Shown: in pieces, positions 48,625-57,452 of the stretch
How the letters are laid out: every line of letters starts with the position of its first letter
How positions within the stretch are numbered: position 1 is the first letter of the stretch
Source of the DNA: a virus
Lineage: Duplodnaviria; Caudoviricetes
Length of the DNA stretch: 64,000 nucleotides
IMG/VR virus record: IMGVR_UViG_3300043959_000228
Direction: 5' to 3' (one strand)
Position numbers and translations under genes: made by a program
Notes under the pieces: model-generated
What the model was told of the DNA's origin: nothing
Database searches by the model: none
Seen by the model: the letters and a program-made list of their open reading frames with translations, nothing else

Positions 48625-50273
48625 AAAAGACCATACTACGAAGAACGCCGCAGGCTATAATGACAATCGTCGGATTCATTCTACTCATAGCGTTCGCCGG
48701 TATCTTTATCTACACCGCTAGGACATGGAAAACCGTTAATGATCCCGTCATTAAACCAAATCCTTATTCAACGCATTATCAAGCTTCCGATTATCCTGCA
48801 AAAACTTTTATGTCCAAGGTTCTGTCTACACCTCCTGACGGCGTGACGGCCTCTGATTGGAAAGTTTCAGAGGATCATAAGGCTGACACTGAGGCGAATA
48901 TTCTTCCAGAATCCTGTGATGCCCCAACCCAACCTAAATCATTGCTAAGCAGTAAGTCAGCTTCTGGAGGCGGTATCAAAATCGTTATAGCCGTTTTCGG
49001 ATCTGGTCAAGCGCGATCACAATATCAATCATACGCGAAAGCTCTAGCTGATTGTCAGACAGTCCAGTCAGATGATACATCATCGTCATATAATGCTGGA
49101 TTGCTTATGACAAAGGGTGACGCTATCATCAGTTTACAGAACACGTCTACCACACCATTGGCTACTATACAATCATGGTTACAACGCCGTGTAGACGACT
49201 CTTTGACAGCAACATCGTGTGTATCTACTGACGAGAGCATTGATGATGCGAAACGATCGTTCTATTATGATCAGAGTTCATATAGTGGTACATTCACGCA
49301 GGAGGTCGTAACGGTTAACGACCCTATGATCGTTATATCAAGTCCTCAGAGTCTATCAAATACGAATATGAACATCGAAGCGACGTTTGTCGATCCATCC
49401 TCGTCTAAGACCGTAGTTCCAGAATCTCCATTACCAGCAGGCATGGCATCTAGCATTCCTTCAGCACCAGGCAGGCCAGCTGTCACCTCAATGCCAGTAA
49501 AACCATCTAATCAGCAAACAGTAACATACCAAATAGCTGATACGAAGGGTCCAGGATGCGGATGGTACTGGTCAGGTCAACAAGCTCCCGTATTCTCTAA
49601 GGACGTCATATCGAAGAATAAAAAGACGATTATTACTGCTGCTCGAAAGGAATTACGATCAAATATCGCATCGTATAATCAGCGTGCTGCATCATGGTCA
49701 ACAGTGACGTCGTTATCCTTCAATACTCGTACATCATGGGATTCATATACAAATCAGGTGAATGCTGTTTATGCTTCATGGAATGATTTACGTTCTAAAC
49801 GAGCGTCAGTTCGATCTGCTTGGTATCAATATGTCGAGGACTACACGACGTGGTCACAATGGGATCAGAAGAAAGCAGACGCTCAGACACAATGGGATAA
49901 AGATGTCAGTAGTTGTGTGGCCAAGGCTAAACAGGACTATGATCAAGCAAAGCAACAATCAGCGGAAGCGTCAGCCTCCGCATCAGCATCGGCTTCTCCT
50001 TCGCCCTCACCATCTGACTCTGACTCTCCGTCTCCATCACCATCTGATTCATCGTCTACGGCTTCTCCATCACCATCGACTACACCATCAGAGACCCCTG
50101 AGGAGAAGGCCGCTGATGACGCTGCATATGCTAAGATGCAGACTGATTGTTCGTCCAGTGTAGCGAAGCCATCGATATTAACGGCTACGAAACCTGGAAA
50201 TCCGGTTAGACCAGCTATCCCATCTGGTATGACTATGCCTGCATCATGGCCTACGGTTAATGATGGTCAATAA
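48621..50273 (+). CDS. Membrane-anchored extracellular protein with paired Cys and Ser/Pro-rich linker
   Basis: N-terminal TM, Trp-rich coiled segment and (SP)n repeats near 49970-50095. Confidence 0.7.
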   Translation: MKKTILRRTPQAIMTIVGFILLIAFAGIFIYTARTWKTVNDPVIKPNPYSTHYQASDYPAKTFMSKVLSTPPDGVTASDWKVSEDHKADTEANILPESCDAPTQPKSLLSSKSASGGGIKIVIAVFGSGQARSQYQSYAKALADCQTVQSDDTSSSYNAGLLMTKGDAIISLQNTSTTPLATIQSWLQRRVDDSLTATSCVSTDESIDDAKRSFYYDQSSYSGTFTQEVVTVNDPMIVISSPQSLSNTNMNIEATFVDPSSSKTVVPESPLPAGMASSIPSAPGRPAVTSMPVKPSNQQTVTYQIADTKGPGCGWYWSGQQAPVFSKDVISKNKKTIITAARKELRSNIASYNQRAASWSTVTSLSFNTRTSWDSYTNQVNAVYASWNDLRSKRASVRSAWYQYVEDYTTWSQWDQKKADAQTQWDKDVSSCVAKAKQDYDQAKQQSAEASASASASASPSPSPSDSDSPSPSPSDSSSTASPSPSTTPSETPEEKAADDAAYAKMQTDCSSSVAKPSILTATKPGNPVRPAIPSGMTMPASWPTVNDGQ

Positions 50274-50376
50274 TTTTTGCACAATAACATCGTTTCATTA
50301 TTACGTTGGTAATATGTATCTCATGATCGAATGGCGGTCATGAAGTATATGGAACATAAGAAGTAAGGAGATTATA

Positions 50377-50859
50377 ATGAGCTCAGGATACGGATTCGCG
50401 GCTTTCAATGGTGGCGTCACATGGATTGGTGAACCAAGGAAGACGAAAGCTGGAAAGACTGTTGTCAATTTTAGTGTTGCTGTTTCTAAGGACAGAAAGA
50501 ATGATGATGGTACCTGGACGCAGGATGGAGGCGGTAAGTATTTCGAGTCCGTCACCGCTTTCGGAAGGCTAGCCGATAATGTACTAACCACCTTCAAGCC
50601 GGGTGATCGAGTGATCGTCATTGGTGAGCGTGATCCGAAGCCAAGTTATACTGATGGTAAGGGCGTTGAGCACCAGAATGAGAATCAGGTAACGGCCAAG
50701 GCTGTCGGCCCGAACGTCGAAATGTGGCCGTGGAAGGCTATCAGAGAGTCATCGGGTGAGAACACCTCTCGTCCGAAGGCTGCTACTCAGCATCATTCCG
50801 CACCGAAGGCCGCACCAGTAACATCGTCAAGTGACGATGATGAAGAGGACGATTGGTGA
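50377..50859 (+). CDS. ssb: Single-stranded DNA-binding protein
   Basis: 'GKTVVNFSVAV', 'VTAFGRLADNV', 'KPGDRVIVIG' and acidic tail DDDEEDDW. Confidence 0.9.
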   Translation: MSSGYGFAAFNGGVTWIGEPRKTKAGKTVVNFSVAVSKDRKNDDGTWTQDGGGKYFESVTAFGRLADNVLTTFKPGDRVIVIGERDPKPSYTDGKGVEHQNENQVTAKAVGPNVEMWPWKAIRESSGENTSRPKAATQHHSAPKAAPVTSSSDDDEEDDW

Positions 50860-50887
50860 TCATATCGTAACATTATCATGTTACACC

Positions 50888-50927
50888 AACAGGACAGTAA
50901 CAATCGTGTTGCTGTCCTGTTCTTTTT
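50888..50927 (+). terminator. Intrinsic terminator after ssb
   Basis: AACAGGACAGTAACA-ATCG-TGTTGCTGTCCTGTT followed by CTTTTT. Confidence 0.8.
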
Positions 50928-50948
50928 ATATAGGTATAATGTATCATT

Positions 50949-52580
50949 TGCAGTAAAATATCTTTTATAGCACACGCCATACTATCATACGAATAATATG
51001 ACCATGGTATAATGTGATTATCACACGATAAGACGAGGAGGAGTAGATGACCAGTAAGACACTCGTCTACACTCGCTCCTACAAGCTCGCGGCCCCCGCT
51101 AACAAGGGGAAGATCAACAGGATCAGAGACCTAATCCACGAGTACCAGCACGGCCTCACCATCCTAGTAGCCGTTATGGACAGGAACCTGACACGAAACG
51201 CCGCGCTACCAGGCAAGTACACTAACTCGAGAGCCATCCTCCACCTCTCCGCTCGGCAGACCCAGTCCTGTTACGCGCAGGCCAGGGAATCATACGCTTC
51301 CTGGCTCTGCTCCCTACAAAAGACTGTGAAGCTGATCATCACGCTCAGTACCCTCGACGCGCACACGAGGGATGTCCTCTACAGGCTGAATTACCGCATG
51401 GCATGGTACGCGAAGACCTACGAACTGGACTGGATCGTCACTAGCGACGGCGCGCTTATCCACCCCACTACAGTGGAACGAAGAGATGGTAAGACAATGA
51501 TGCTTCCCGTGAGTAGTGAGCATCTCTGGCTCATGAGACGCATTGTGAAGCGCGCTCGCAGGGTGAATCACCGCCCAATCCTCGGGCATGAGACCACGTT
51601 AAAACTAGACGAGAAGAGCGCTGTCCTAGAGGAGTCCAAGGGGACGGGCTTCTCATGGTGGCTACGAACGAGCACACTGGATAGGGGTCACCCCGTACTC
51701 ATACCAGTAAAGGATAACAGGTTCTTCGCTAGGAGGCGCGTTGGTGGAAGACTCCTGAATCATGTCCAACTCGCGTTAAAGAGTGACACGCTGAGTGTGT
51801 CAACCGTAATAGAGAAGCCATGCGCCCCGCTCCGCGAGGATGGTGACGTGATCGCCTTTGATTGGGGTCTCGTGAGCCTGTTCACACTCCCTGACGGGCG
51901 TATGCTCGGCCGGTCAGCCCTGGCTGAGTTGAAACGATTAGACGCCATGCTCATGAATCGCGTGAGAGATCTTACTAGCCGGGGTGAGCGTCTCAGGGAT
52001 GACTTGTATTACAATGCTCTAGTATCCAGGAGTCGGAGTCTCATGGAGAACGAGATTGGGCGCCTGCTGAACATGCTAGCCAGAACGGCCAGGGAGATCG
52101 TGGTTGAGGACTTGGATTTCAGGGGTGGCGGACTCTCAAAAAGGATGAATCGTATCATATCGAGAGCGGGTCGTGGGTTCTTGAAGCGGAAGCTGCAAGC
52201 GTTACACGAGGAAAAGGGCATTATCGTAACTAAGATTGATCCTGCGTACACCTCGCAGGAGTGCTCCTCGTGTGGTCACGTCTCGAATCGGAATCGGCGC
52301 GATCAGGCTAGGTTTAAGTGTGAGTGCTGCGGACGGGCTCTGAACGCGGACGTGAATGCTGCTCGCATCATCGGAGGACGTTCCTCCGATGTCTTACCCA
52401 GGGGCCGGGGCGCGGCCCATCGTAAAACACTCTATGACGTGCTGGAGAACCGTCACCGTGCTTCGTGTGGTGCATGGCTGGCACGTCACACGACGGCCGG
52501 CTTGTAGATCCGGTCGGTGACGGTGATACTCTCGTCTCGTGTCTCGGGATTGTTTGCTTGTTATAAACATTTCGAGTTAC
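50949..52580 (+). mobile_element. Solo TnpB cassette (IS200/IS605- or IS607-derived, no TnpA); left end uncertain
   Basis: Visibly higher GC from about 51030 to 52550. Contains tnpB and a 3' RNA scaffold and is flanked by a 14-bp direct repeat TATAATGTATCATT (50935-50948, 52581-52594). Confidence 0.6.
51047..52507 (+). CDS. tnpB: RNA-guided endonuclease TnpB
   Basis: RuvC triad intact: 'IAFDWG', 'IVVEDL' and 'NADVNAA'. Zn ribbon 'PAYTSQECSSCG...FKCECCG'. GAGGAGG RBS. Confidence 0.92.
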   Translation: MTSKTLVYTRSYKLAAPANKGKINRIRDLIHEYQHGLTILVAVMDRNLTRNAALPGKYTNSRAILHLSARQTQSCYAQARESYASWLCSLQKTVKLIITLSTLDAHTRDVLYRLNYRMAWYAKTYELDWIVTSDGALIHPTTVERRDGKTMMLPVSSEHLWLMRRIVKRARRVNHRPILGHETTLKLDEKSAVLEESKGTGFSWWLRTSTLDRGHPVLIPVKDNRFFARRRVGGRLLNHVQLALKSDTLSVSTVIEKPCAPLREDGDVIAFDWGLVSLFTLPDGRMLGRSALAELKRLDAMLMNRVRDLTSRGERLRDDLYYNALVSRSRSLMENEIGRLLNMLARTAREIVVEDLDFRGGGLSKRMNRIISRAGRGFLKRKLQALHEEKGIIVTKIDPAYTSQECSSCGHVSNRNRRDQARFKCECCGRALNADVNAARIIGGRSSDVLPRGRGAAHRKTLYDVLENRHRASCGAWLARHTTAGL

Positions 52581-52600
52581 TATAATGTATCATTGTCTTT
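52440..52600 (+). ncRNA. Predicted TnpB omegaRNA/reRNA (scaffold ~52440-52580, guide from ~52581)
   Basis: Stems at 52449-58/52515-24 (10 bp perfect), 52463-73/52481-93 and 52496-500/52510-14, plus a terminal hairpin at 52543-52576. It overlaps the tnpB 3' end, as is typical for TnpB RNAs. Confidence 0.72.
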
Positions 52601-52649
52601 ATATCTTAATGTCAATAATACTTACAGGAAATACAGGAGAACAAATCAT

Positions 52650-53447
52650 ATGGCTATCTTTAGAAGGTCACAGGAAGAACATGATGATATTGATCCTATG
52701 GACACTATCAAAGGCAACGAGGCCTGGGAGACCATATTTGACTCTAAGAAGAGCGGTATTGAGGACATTAAGGGTATCAAGTTAGAGAAAAGCTCTAATC
52801 GAAAGAAAATTCTCATTATAGCTGCATCAATAGTGACCATCATGGCTTTAGGATTTGGAGGATATTGCCTATATGATTATATGATGTCACTGCGAAATAA
52901 TCAAATTGTTAATAATGAGCAACCATCAACATCTTCTAGCCAATCAGTGAATCAGAATGGATTGAAGAACCCAGCAGCTGACGCTAATGATATTAACGGT
53001 TCATTATCAGGACCTGTACAAATCACCGTCGAGGATAACAGGAACGTTGCTTTGAATCTCCCTGATAAGAAAAAGCATACTCTTGTATTTCCAGCTCTTA
53101 CTGATAACATCACAGTGTCATCAGATGACTGCACTTTGAAGAATCAGGCAGCTAATTGTTATCTAGGGACATCAAAAGTCAACGATCAAAATATCAGCAT
53201 CTATGCTATCCGCGACGCTAAAAGTAGTTCCTTGTTATACGCCTCGACTGATTATAAAGTGACGCCATCAAATGGAGCTGGTTTAGCTTATGTTCGTAAA
53301 ATGACGGTGTCTGATAAGAAGGACGTGACTGCGCTAATTATTGTCTTCAAGGATCAGACAGGTGTCATACTGACGTCTGATAACGCTGACGCAATCACCT
53401 CGTTAGCTGCAGGAGACACACATTTTAACGCTATGGCGTCAGAATAA
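52650..53447 (+). CDS. Single-TM membrane protein
   Basis: AGGAG RBS before ATG 52650; TM 'ILIIAASIVTIMALGFGGY'. Confidence 0.7.
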   Translation: MAIFRRSQEEHDDIDPMDTIKGNEAWETIFDSKKSGIEDIKGIKLEKSSNRKKILIIAASIVTIMALGFGGYCLYDYMMSLRNNQIVNNEQPSTSSSQSVNQNGLKNPAADANDINGSLSGPVQITVEDNRNVALNLPDKKKHTLVFPALTDNITVSSDDCTLKNQAANCYLGTSKVNDQNISIYAIRDAKSSSLLYASTDYKVTPSNGAGLAYVRKMTVSDKKDVTALIIVFKDQTGVILTSDNADAITSLAAGDTHFNAMASE

Positions 53448-53475
53448 TCGATATTTCACCAATGAGGACAGTCAT

Positions 53476-54561
53476 ATGACCAGTAATCTATTCGGTACCA
53501 TACCATCTTCACAGGACGAAGACTTAGTCTTGTCTAAGCAGGCCGTGATGACTCGTGAGGGTCTAAAGATGGAGATGACGAATCAAGATGATCAACAGAA
53601 AATCCAGAACGTCAGTCTTTCGAACAGCTTCATATCAGCATTACAGCAATGTCCAGCCAAGGCGGCAGCTGACAAATGGTTACTGAAAGACATCCTTCCT
53701 GATGACCCATTAAGCCCAATGGTCTTAGGATCAGCTTTTCATAAGGTCATGGAAGTATTCTTCCATTATCAGTCAAAGGATAGAACGGTTGATGGTATCC
53801 GTCTAGCATTTGACGCCATGTTGAAAGACAAGGACTTAAGTATCATCGGAACCGATGAGAAGGCTCTTCATTGGGTGCAGAATGCTGTCAACAAATATTG
53901 GACTCTCGGATTAGAGGATCCTAAGAGCATTACGATTCCTGAAGTCACTATCCACCATGATGGAAAGTATGGTCCATATGATAAGACGGAAGTAGGATTG
54001 GAGTTATTCATTGATGGTCAGATTGGACAGGCCTCAAGGAAGACCCTAGGATTCATTGATCGATTGATTATTGATCCAGATTCTAATAACAATGAATTTA
54101 TTGTTGATGATTGGAAGACTGGTAAGAAGGCCTCAGATTATCTTCCCAAGATCCAGAAATTCCCAGATTTCGGATATGTCCGACAACAGGTTCTTTACAG
54201 TATGATGATGGAGCAGGCGGGATTTCCAATATCCAAGGCAAGGCTCATCTACCCTATAGCAAAATATGAGGATCCTACGTCACATGAGATCTCTAATGGC
54301 CATGTCAGTATTATCGATGTGCATCGTGATGATTATCGAGAGCAGGCCGTGAAAGACGTCGAAGAGGCTGATCGTACGATCAATGTATCGTTAGAGACTA
54401 ATACCTGGGAATGCTCATCATCTCCATTATGCTCATGGTGCCCTCTGGTGAACGTCTGTCCAGCAGCATTCAAACTCAATAAGGCAAATGCCGTAGAGGC
54501 TCGTAAGAACGCTCCTACGCCAGCATTTTACAAAACTCATGGTATTGTTGCAAGCACATGA
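53476..54561 (+). CDS. PD-(D/E)XK RecB/AddB-like nuclease with Fe-S staple
   Basis: 'LSNS...QQCP', 'GSAFHKVME', 'GFIDRL', 'DDWKTG', 'QQVLY' and 'CSWCPLVNVC'. Confidence 0.85.
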   Translation: MTSNLFGTIPSSQDEDLVLSKQAVMTREGLKMEMTNQDDQQKIQNVSLSNSFISALQQCPAKAAADKWLLKDILPDDPLSPMVLGSAFHKVMEVFFHYQSKDRTVDGIRLAFDAMLKDKDLSIIGTDEKALHWVQNAVNKYWTLGLEDPKSITIPEVTIHHDGKYGPYDKTEVGLELFIDGQIGQASRKTLGFIDRLIIDPDSNNNEFIVDDWKTGKKASDYLPKIQKFPDFGYVRQQVLYSMMMEQAGFPISKARLIYPIAKYEDPTSHEISNGHVSIIDVHRDDYREQAVKDVEEADRTINVSLETNTWECSSSPLCSWCPLVNVCPAAFKLNKANAVEARKNAPTPAFYKTHGIVAST

Positions 54562-54691
54562 GATCTCGCGTCTAATCCTGATTCTCGGCTCATCTAGTAT
54601 AACGTATCATCTGAGGGCTTTTACGGCCAGTACCAATCTGAATAGGCTCAGAACATGACTCTTTACTCATGTTCTGAGCCTAACTAGATCT
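54561..54691. repeat. Dispersed structured intergenic repeat, copy 3
   Basis: Begins and ends with AGATCT; stem at 54643-54658/54667-54682. Near-identical to copy 2 outside the 24-nt variable segment. Confidence 0.92.
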
Positions 54692-54782
54692 AATCATCTT
54701 ATATATTGTCGATATTTCCTTAAAGATATATTCACGATACGGATATGGCGTCCAATCATCAATTGATGGTATTATGAAAATC

Positions 54783-56264
54783 ATGAATGAATTGACCGCT
54801 TATGAAGAGGCTCAGAATGGTCTCATAAGTTCCCTTCTCTATCTACCTGGTAGGGTGAAGGATGTTATTGATCTTATCCACGAGGAAGATTTCGATAATG
54901 GTCGTTTGCAGACAATCTGGAAAGCCATTGTCTATCTTGATAGACATGATCAGGCCATCGACTATCCGAATATCATATCCATCATCAATTCTAAGAATAA
55001 AACGGCTGAGGTCGGTGGCGTCGCGGAGATTCAACGTCTTTTCAATGAGGGCGCTATTAGCGCGAGTATGTCTACTATAGAGACCTACGCTCAGGTTGTT
55101 AAGAATGAGGCCGTCAAGAGGTCATTGCAACCAGTATTCAGTGAATTGTCCGATAGAGCAGGACAAGCCGGTGGCAACGCTAAGAAGCTCATCGAGTCAG
55201 GTAAGTCTGCTCTTGACGAAGAGCTAATGCACCTCTCATCTGATTCAGATGTTGTTAAGGTCAGTGATTATTTCGATGATTATATGGACGATTTGAGTCA
55301 GAAGAGGAAGCTTTATAAGGAATTCGGCAATAACCCTCTAGCCGCTCAGAATGGTATTGCCTCGGGATTCAAAACCATTGATAAGTATGTAGGAGGATTC
55401 TTACCAGGACAGGTCATTACGGTTGGTGCCAGAACCAGCATTGGTAAATCATTCCTGCTTACCGATTTTGCTCTATGCGCAGCTAACTCAGGTGTTCCAG
55501 TCCTCTTCTTCAATCTTGAAATGCTTCCATCCGAGATCATGAATCGACTCATAGCTGCTAACTCGAATATTCTCCTCACCCATCTGAAAGAGGGATCACT
55601 GAGTGACGATGAATTTAATAAGGTTATGGCCTCTAGGGAAGAGATCAAAAGGCTTCCCATTGAGATTGACTCCACAGCTGGAATTACGGTTGATCATATC
55701 AGAGCTAAATCACAGCAGAAAGCGACGAGCCCTGAAGGATTAGGCATGGTTGCTATCGATTATCTCCAGTTAGTCAAGATGAATAGTGGCATGACGAATG
55801 ACGATAATCGCCAGCAACAGGTTGCCAATATGTCTAGGGACATTAAGATGTTGTCTATGAGCTTAAAGATTCCTATTATTCAGGCCGTCATGTTGAATCG
55901 TATGAAGCGTGGTGATGAGAATCCGATGCCAACAAGAGACGATATTCGAGAGTCTGGATCAATTGCGTCTGACTCGTCTGTCGTCATTCTTATTCACAGG
56001 GATTCAGGTGAGGCTCATAAAAGCGATGACGCGACGTTTATCATCGATAAGAATCGTAATGGACGTGATCATGTCTATTTCAAATGCCATAACGTATTGA
56101 AATACGCTAAATTCGTCGAGGTCGAGAATCAGATAGACGACGACGCTGATCTAGACGGAGATGGAACGCCACCTCCTCTTCCAACGGATAAGATAGATAC
56201 TAATGGTAAGATTGCGGCACAGGATGATCGTGACGTTTTTGATGAAGATGAGGATGATTTGTGA
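54783..56264 (+). CDS. dnaB: Replicative DNA helicase DnaB
   Basis: 'GARTSIGKS', 'FNLEM', 'IDYLQL', 'IRESGSI' and 'KNRNG'. Leaderless ATG 54783 follows TGGTATTAT. Confidence 0.93.
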   Translation: MNELTAYEEAQNGLISSLLYLPGRVKDVIDLIHEEDFDNGRLQTIWKAIVYLDRHDQAIDYPNIISIINSKNKTAEVGGVAEIQRLFNEGAISASMSTIETYAQVVKNEAVKRSLQPVFSELSDRAGQAGGNAKKLIESGKSALDEELMHLSSDSDVVKVSDYFDDYMDDLSQKRKLYKEFGNNPLAAQNGIASGFKTIDKYVGGFLPGQVITVGARTSIGKSFLLTDFALCAANSGVPVLFFNLEMLPSEIMNRLIAANSNILLTHLKEGSLSDDEFNKVMASREEIKRLPIEIDSTAGITVDHIRAKSQQKATSPEGLGMVAIDYLQLVKMNSGMTNDDNRQQQVANMSRDIKMLSMSLKIPIIQAVMLNRMKRGDENPMPTRDDIRESGSIASDSSVVILIHRDSGEAHKSDDATFIIDKNRNGRDHVYFKCHNVLKYAKFVEVENQIDDDADLDGDGTPPPLPTDKIDTNGKIAAQDDRDVFDEDEDDL

Positions 56265-56674
56265 TGAGTGACCCGTATTATAAGAGAGCAGTTCATTCTC
56301 CGTTGTTCCCAGATGTTCACCTTGTTGATGATCGTGATAAGGCCAAGGCGTTCATAGGAAGATTTCAGAAAGCCGATGATGGTTTAGTGTATCAACAATA
56401 TATGGTTGATTATGCCGGCGGCAATGGATCCTATGATATTAATAATAAGATGCTTGAGAACATGTATAGGAAGTACTATATCAGTGGATTATGGGAAACC
56501 ATGAAATTCATCAAGATCACGTTCTGGATTCTTGAACATCATTACGATATCAATACGTTCTCCTATGATAAGGTCGGACGGATATATGATCGAGGAAGAT
56601 TGTCTAATGGTAAGTTAGAGGATATGGATTATGATACGATTATGTGGATCATCACTGGGGAGGACGAGGCATGA
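56261..56674 (+). CDS. Hypothetical protein
   Basis: Translationally coupled between dnaB and the next gene. Confidence 0.6.
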   Translation: MMSDPYYKRAVHSPLFPDVHLVDDRDKAKAFIGRFQKADDGLVYQQYMVDYAGGNGSYDINNKMLENMYRKYYISGLWETMKFIKITFWILEHHYDINTFSYDKVGRIYDRGRLSNGKLEDMDYDTIMWIITGEDEA

Positions 56675-57426
56675 GTAAGATCACGTTTGATGGAGACCGC
56701 ATTCTTAATAAACCCGATATTAACTACGACGCGTATTTCAAATGGAGGCATGAGCAGCAACAGGATTTGAATCGTATTATGGCTGAGGAAGAGGCATCGA
56801 ATGCTGATAAGGCTTTAACATTATGGCAAGATATGATTCCTCATACGTATCAAAAAGCAACCATTGATTCGATACGATCCTACGAGCCACGGATTGCTGG
56901 ACGTCTTGACTCCATGATTGATCAAGTTATCGAGCATCCATCTCATCCCATCCACTTAGCTTTAAGTTCTGAGATGATGTCCTATACTGGAGGTGATGGT
57001 AAGACACATAAACGGCCAATTCGGGGTAAGACGTGGGCTGCATTCGCTTATGTTCACGATCTTATTGATCGTACATCGTATATTAGTGATCCATCCTCCC
57101 AAATCGTATATAAGATGGAGAGTGACATTATTGACGATATCTACAATTACAAAACTCGAACAACGGCTATGAGGACGTTAGTCAATAATCAAAGGAAGTT
57201 GTTGATTATTGACTCATGCGGACAGACGAATAGCAATGTTCGATCTGACGCGTTGAATAGACTAATTGACGCGGTGAATGCTAACGGTCATATTACAATG
57301 ATCCTCATCATATCATCTAATCAATGGGCCCTCGATGATTTCAAACCATTAGTAGCGCGATTACAGCCGCCACCACGTAGGATGAAATTACGCGCAGAGC
57401 CAGATACATTAGACACCGAGGAATAA
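56671..57426 (+). CDS. Divergent DnaC/IstB-like helicase-loader ATPase
   Basis: 'IPHTYQKATI', 'RGKTWAAFA' (split Walker A) and 'LLIIDSCG' (Walker B-like); two genes after dnaB. Confidence 0.55.
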   Translation: MSKITFDGDRILNKPDINYDAYFKWRHEQQQDLNRIMAEEEASNADKALTLWQDMIPHTYQKATIDSIRSYEPRIAGRLDSMIDQVIEHPSHPIHLALSSEMMSYTGGDGKTHKRPIRGKTWAAFAYVHDLIDRTSYISDPSSQIVYKMESDIIDDIYNYKTRTTAMRTLVNNQRKLLIIDSCGQTNSNVRSDALNRLIDAVNANGHITMILIISSNQWALDDFKPLVARLQPPPRRMKLRAEPDTLDTEE

Positions 57427-57452
57427 ATTAGATATTACGAAGGAGTTCATCC

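Noticed and set aside
49970-50095. Tandem DNA repeat
   Set aside because: It is explained by the Ser/Pro-rich protein linker, and the codons vary.
51047-52507. Nuclease-dead TldR-type regulator
   Set aside because: All three RuvC acidic residues are present, so any regulatory role would have to come from short guide pairing rather than catalytic loss.
53476-54561. Cas4 indicating a CRISPR system near TnpB
   Set aside because: Length and motifs fit a stand-alone RecB/AddB-like PD-(D/E)XK nuclease, and there is no cas1, cas2 or array.
950-54691. Dispersed repeat as a split CRISPR or mini-array with 24-nt spacers
   Set aside because: The 24-nt segments are homologous to each other (copy 1 versus 3 is 17/24 identical), the copies are tens of kb apart, and no cas genes are present.
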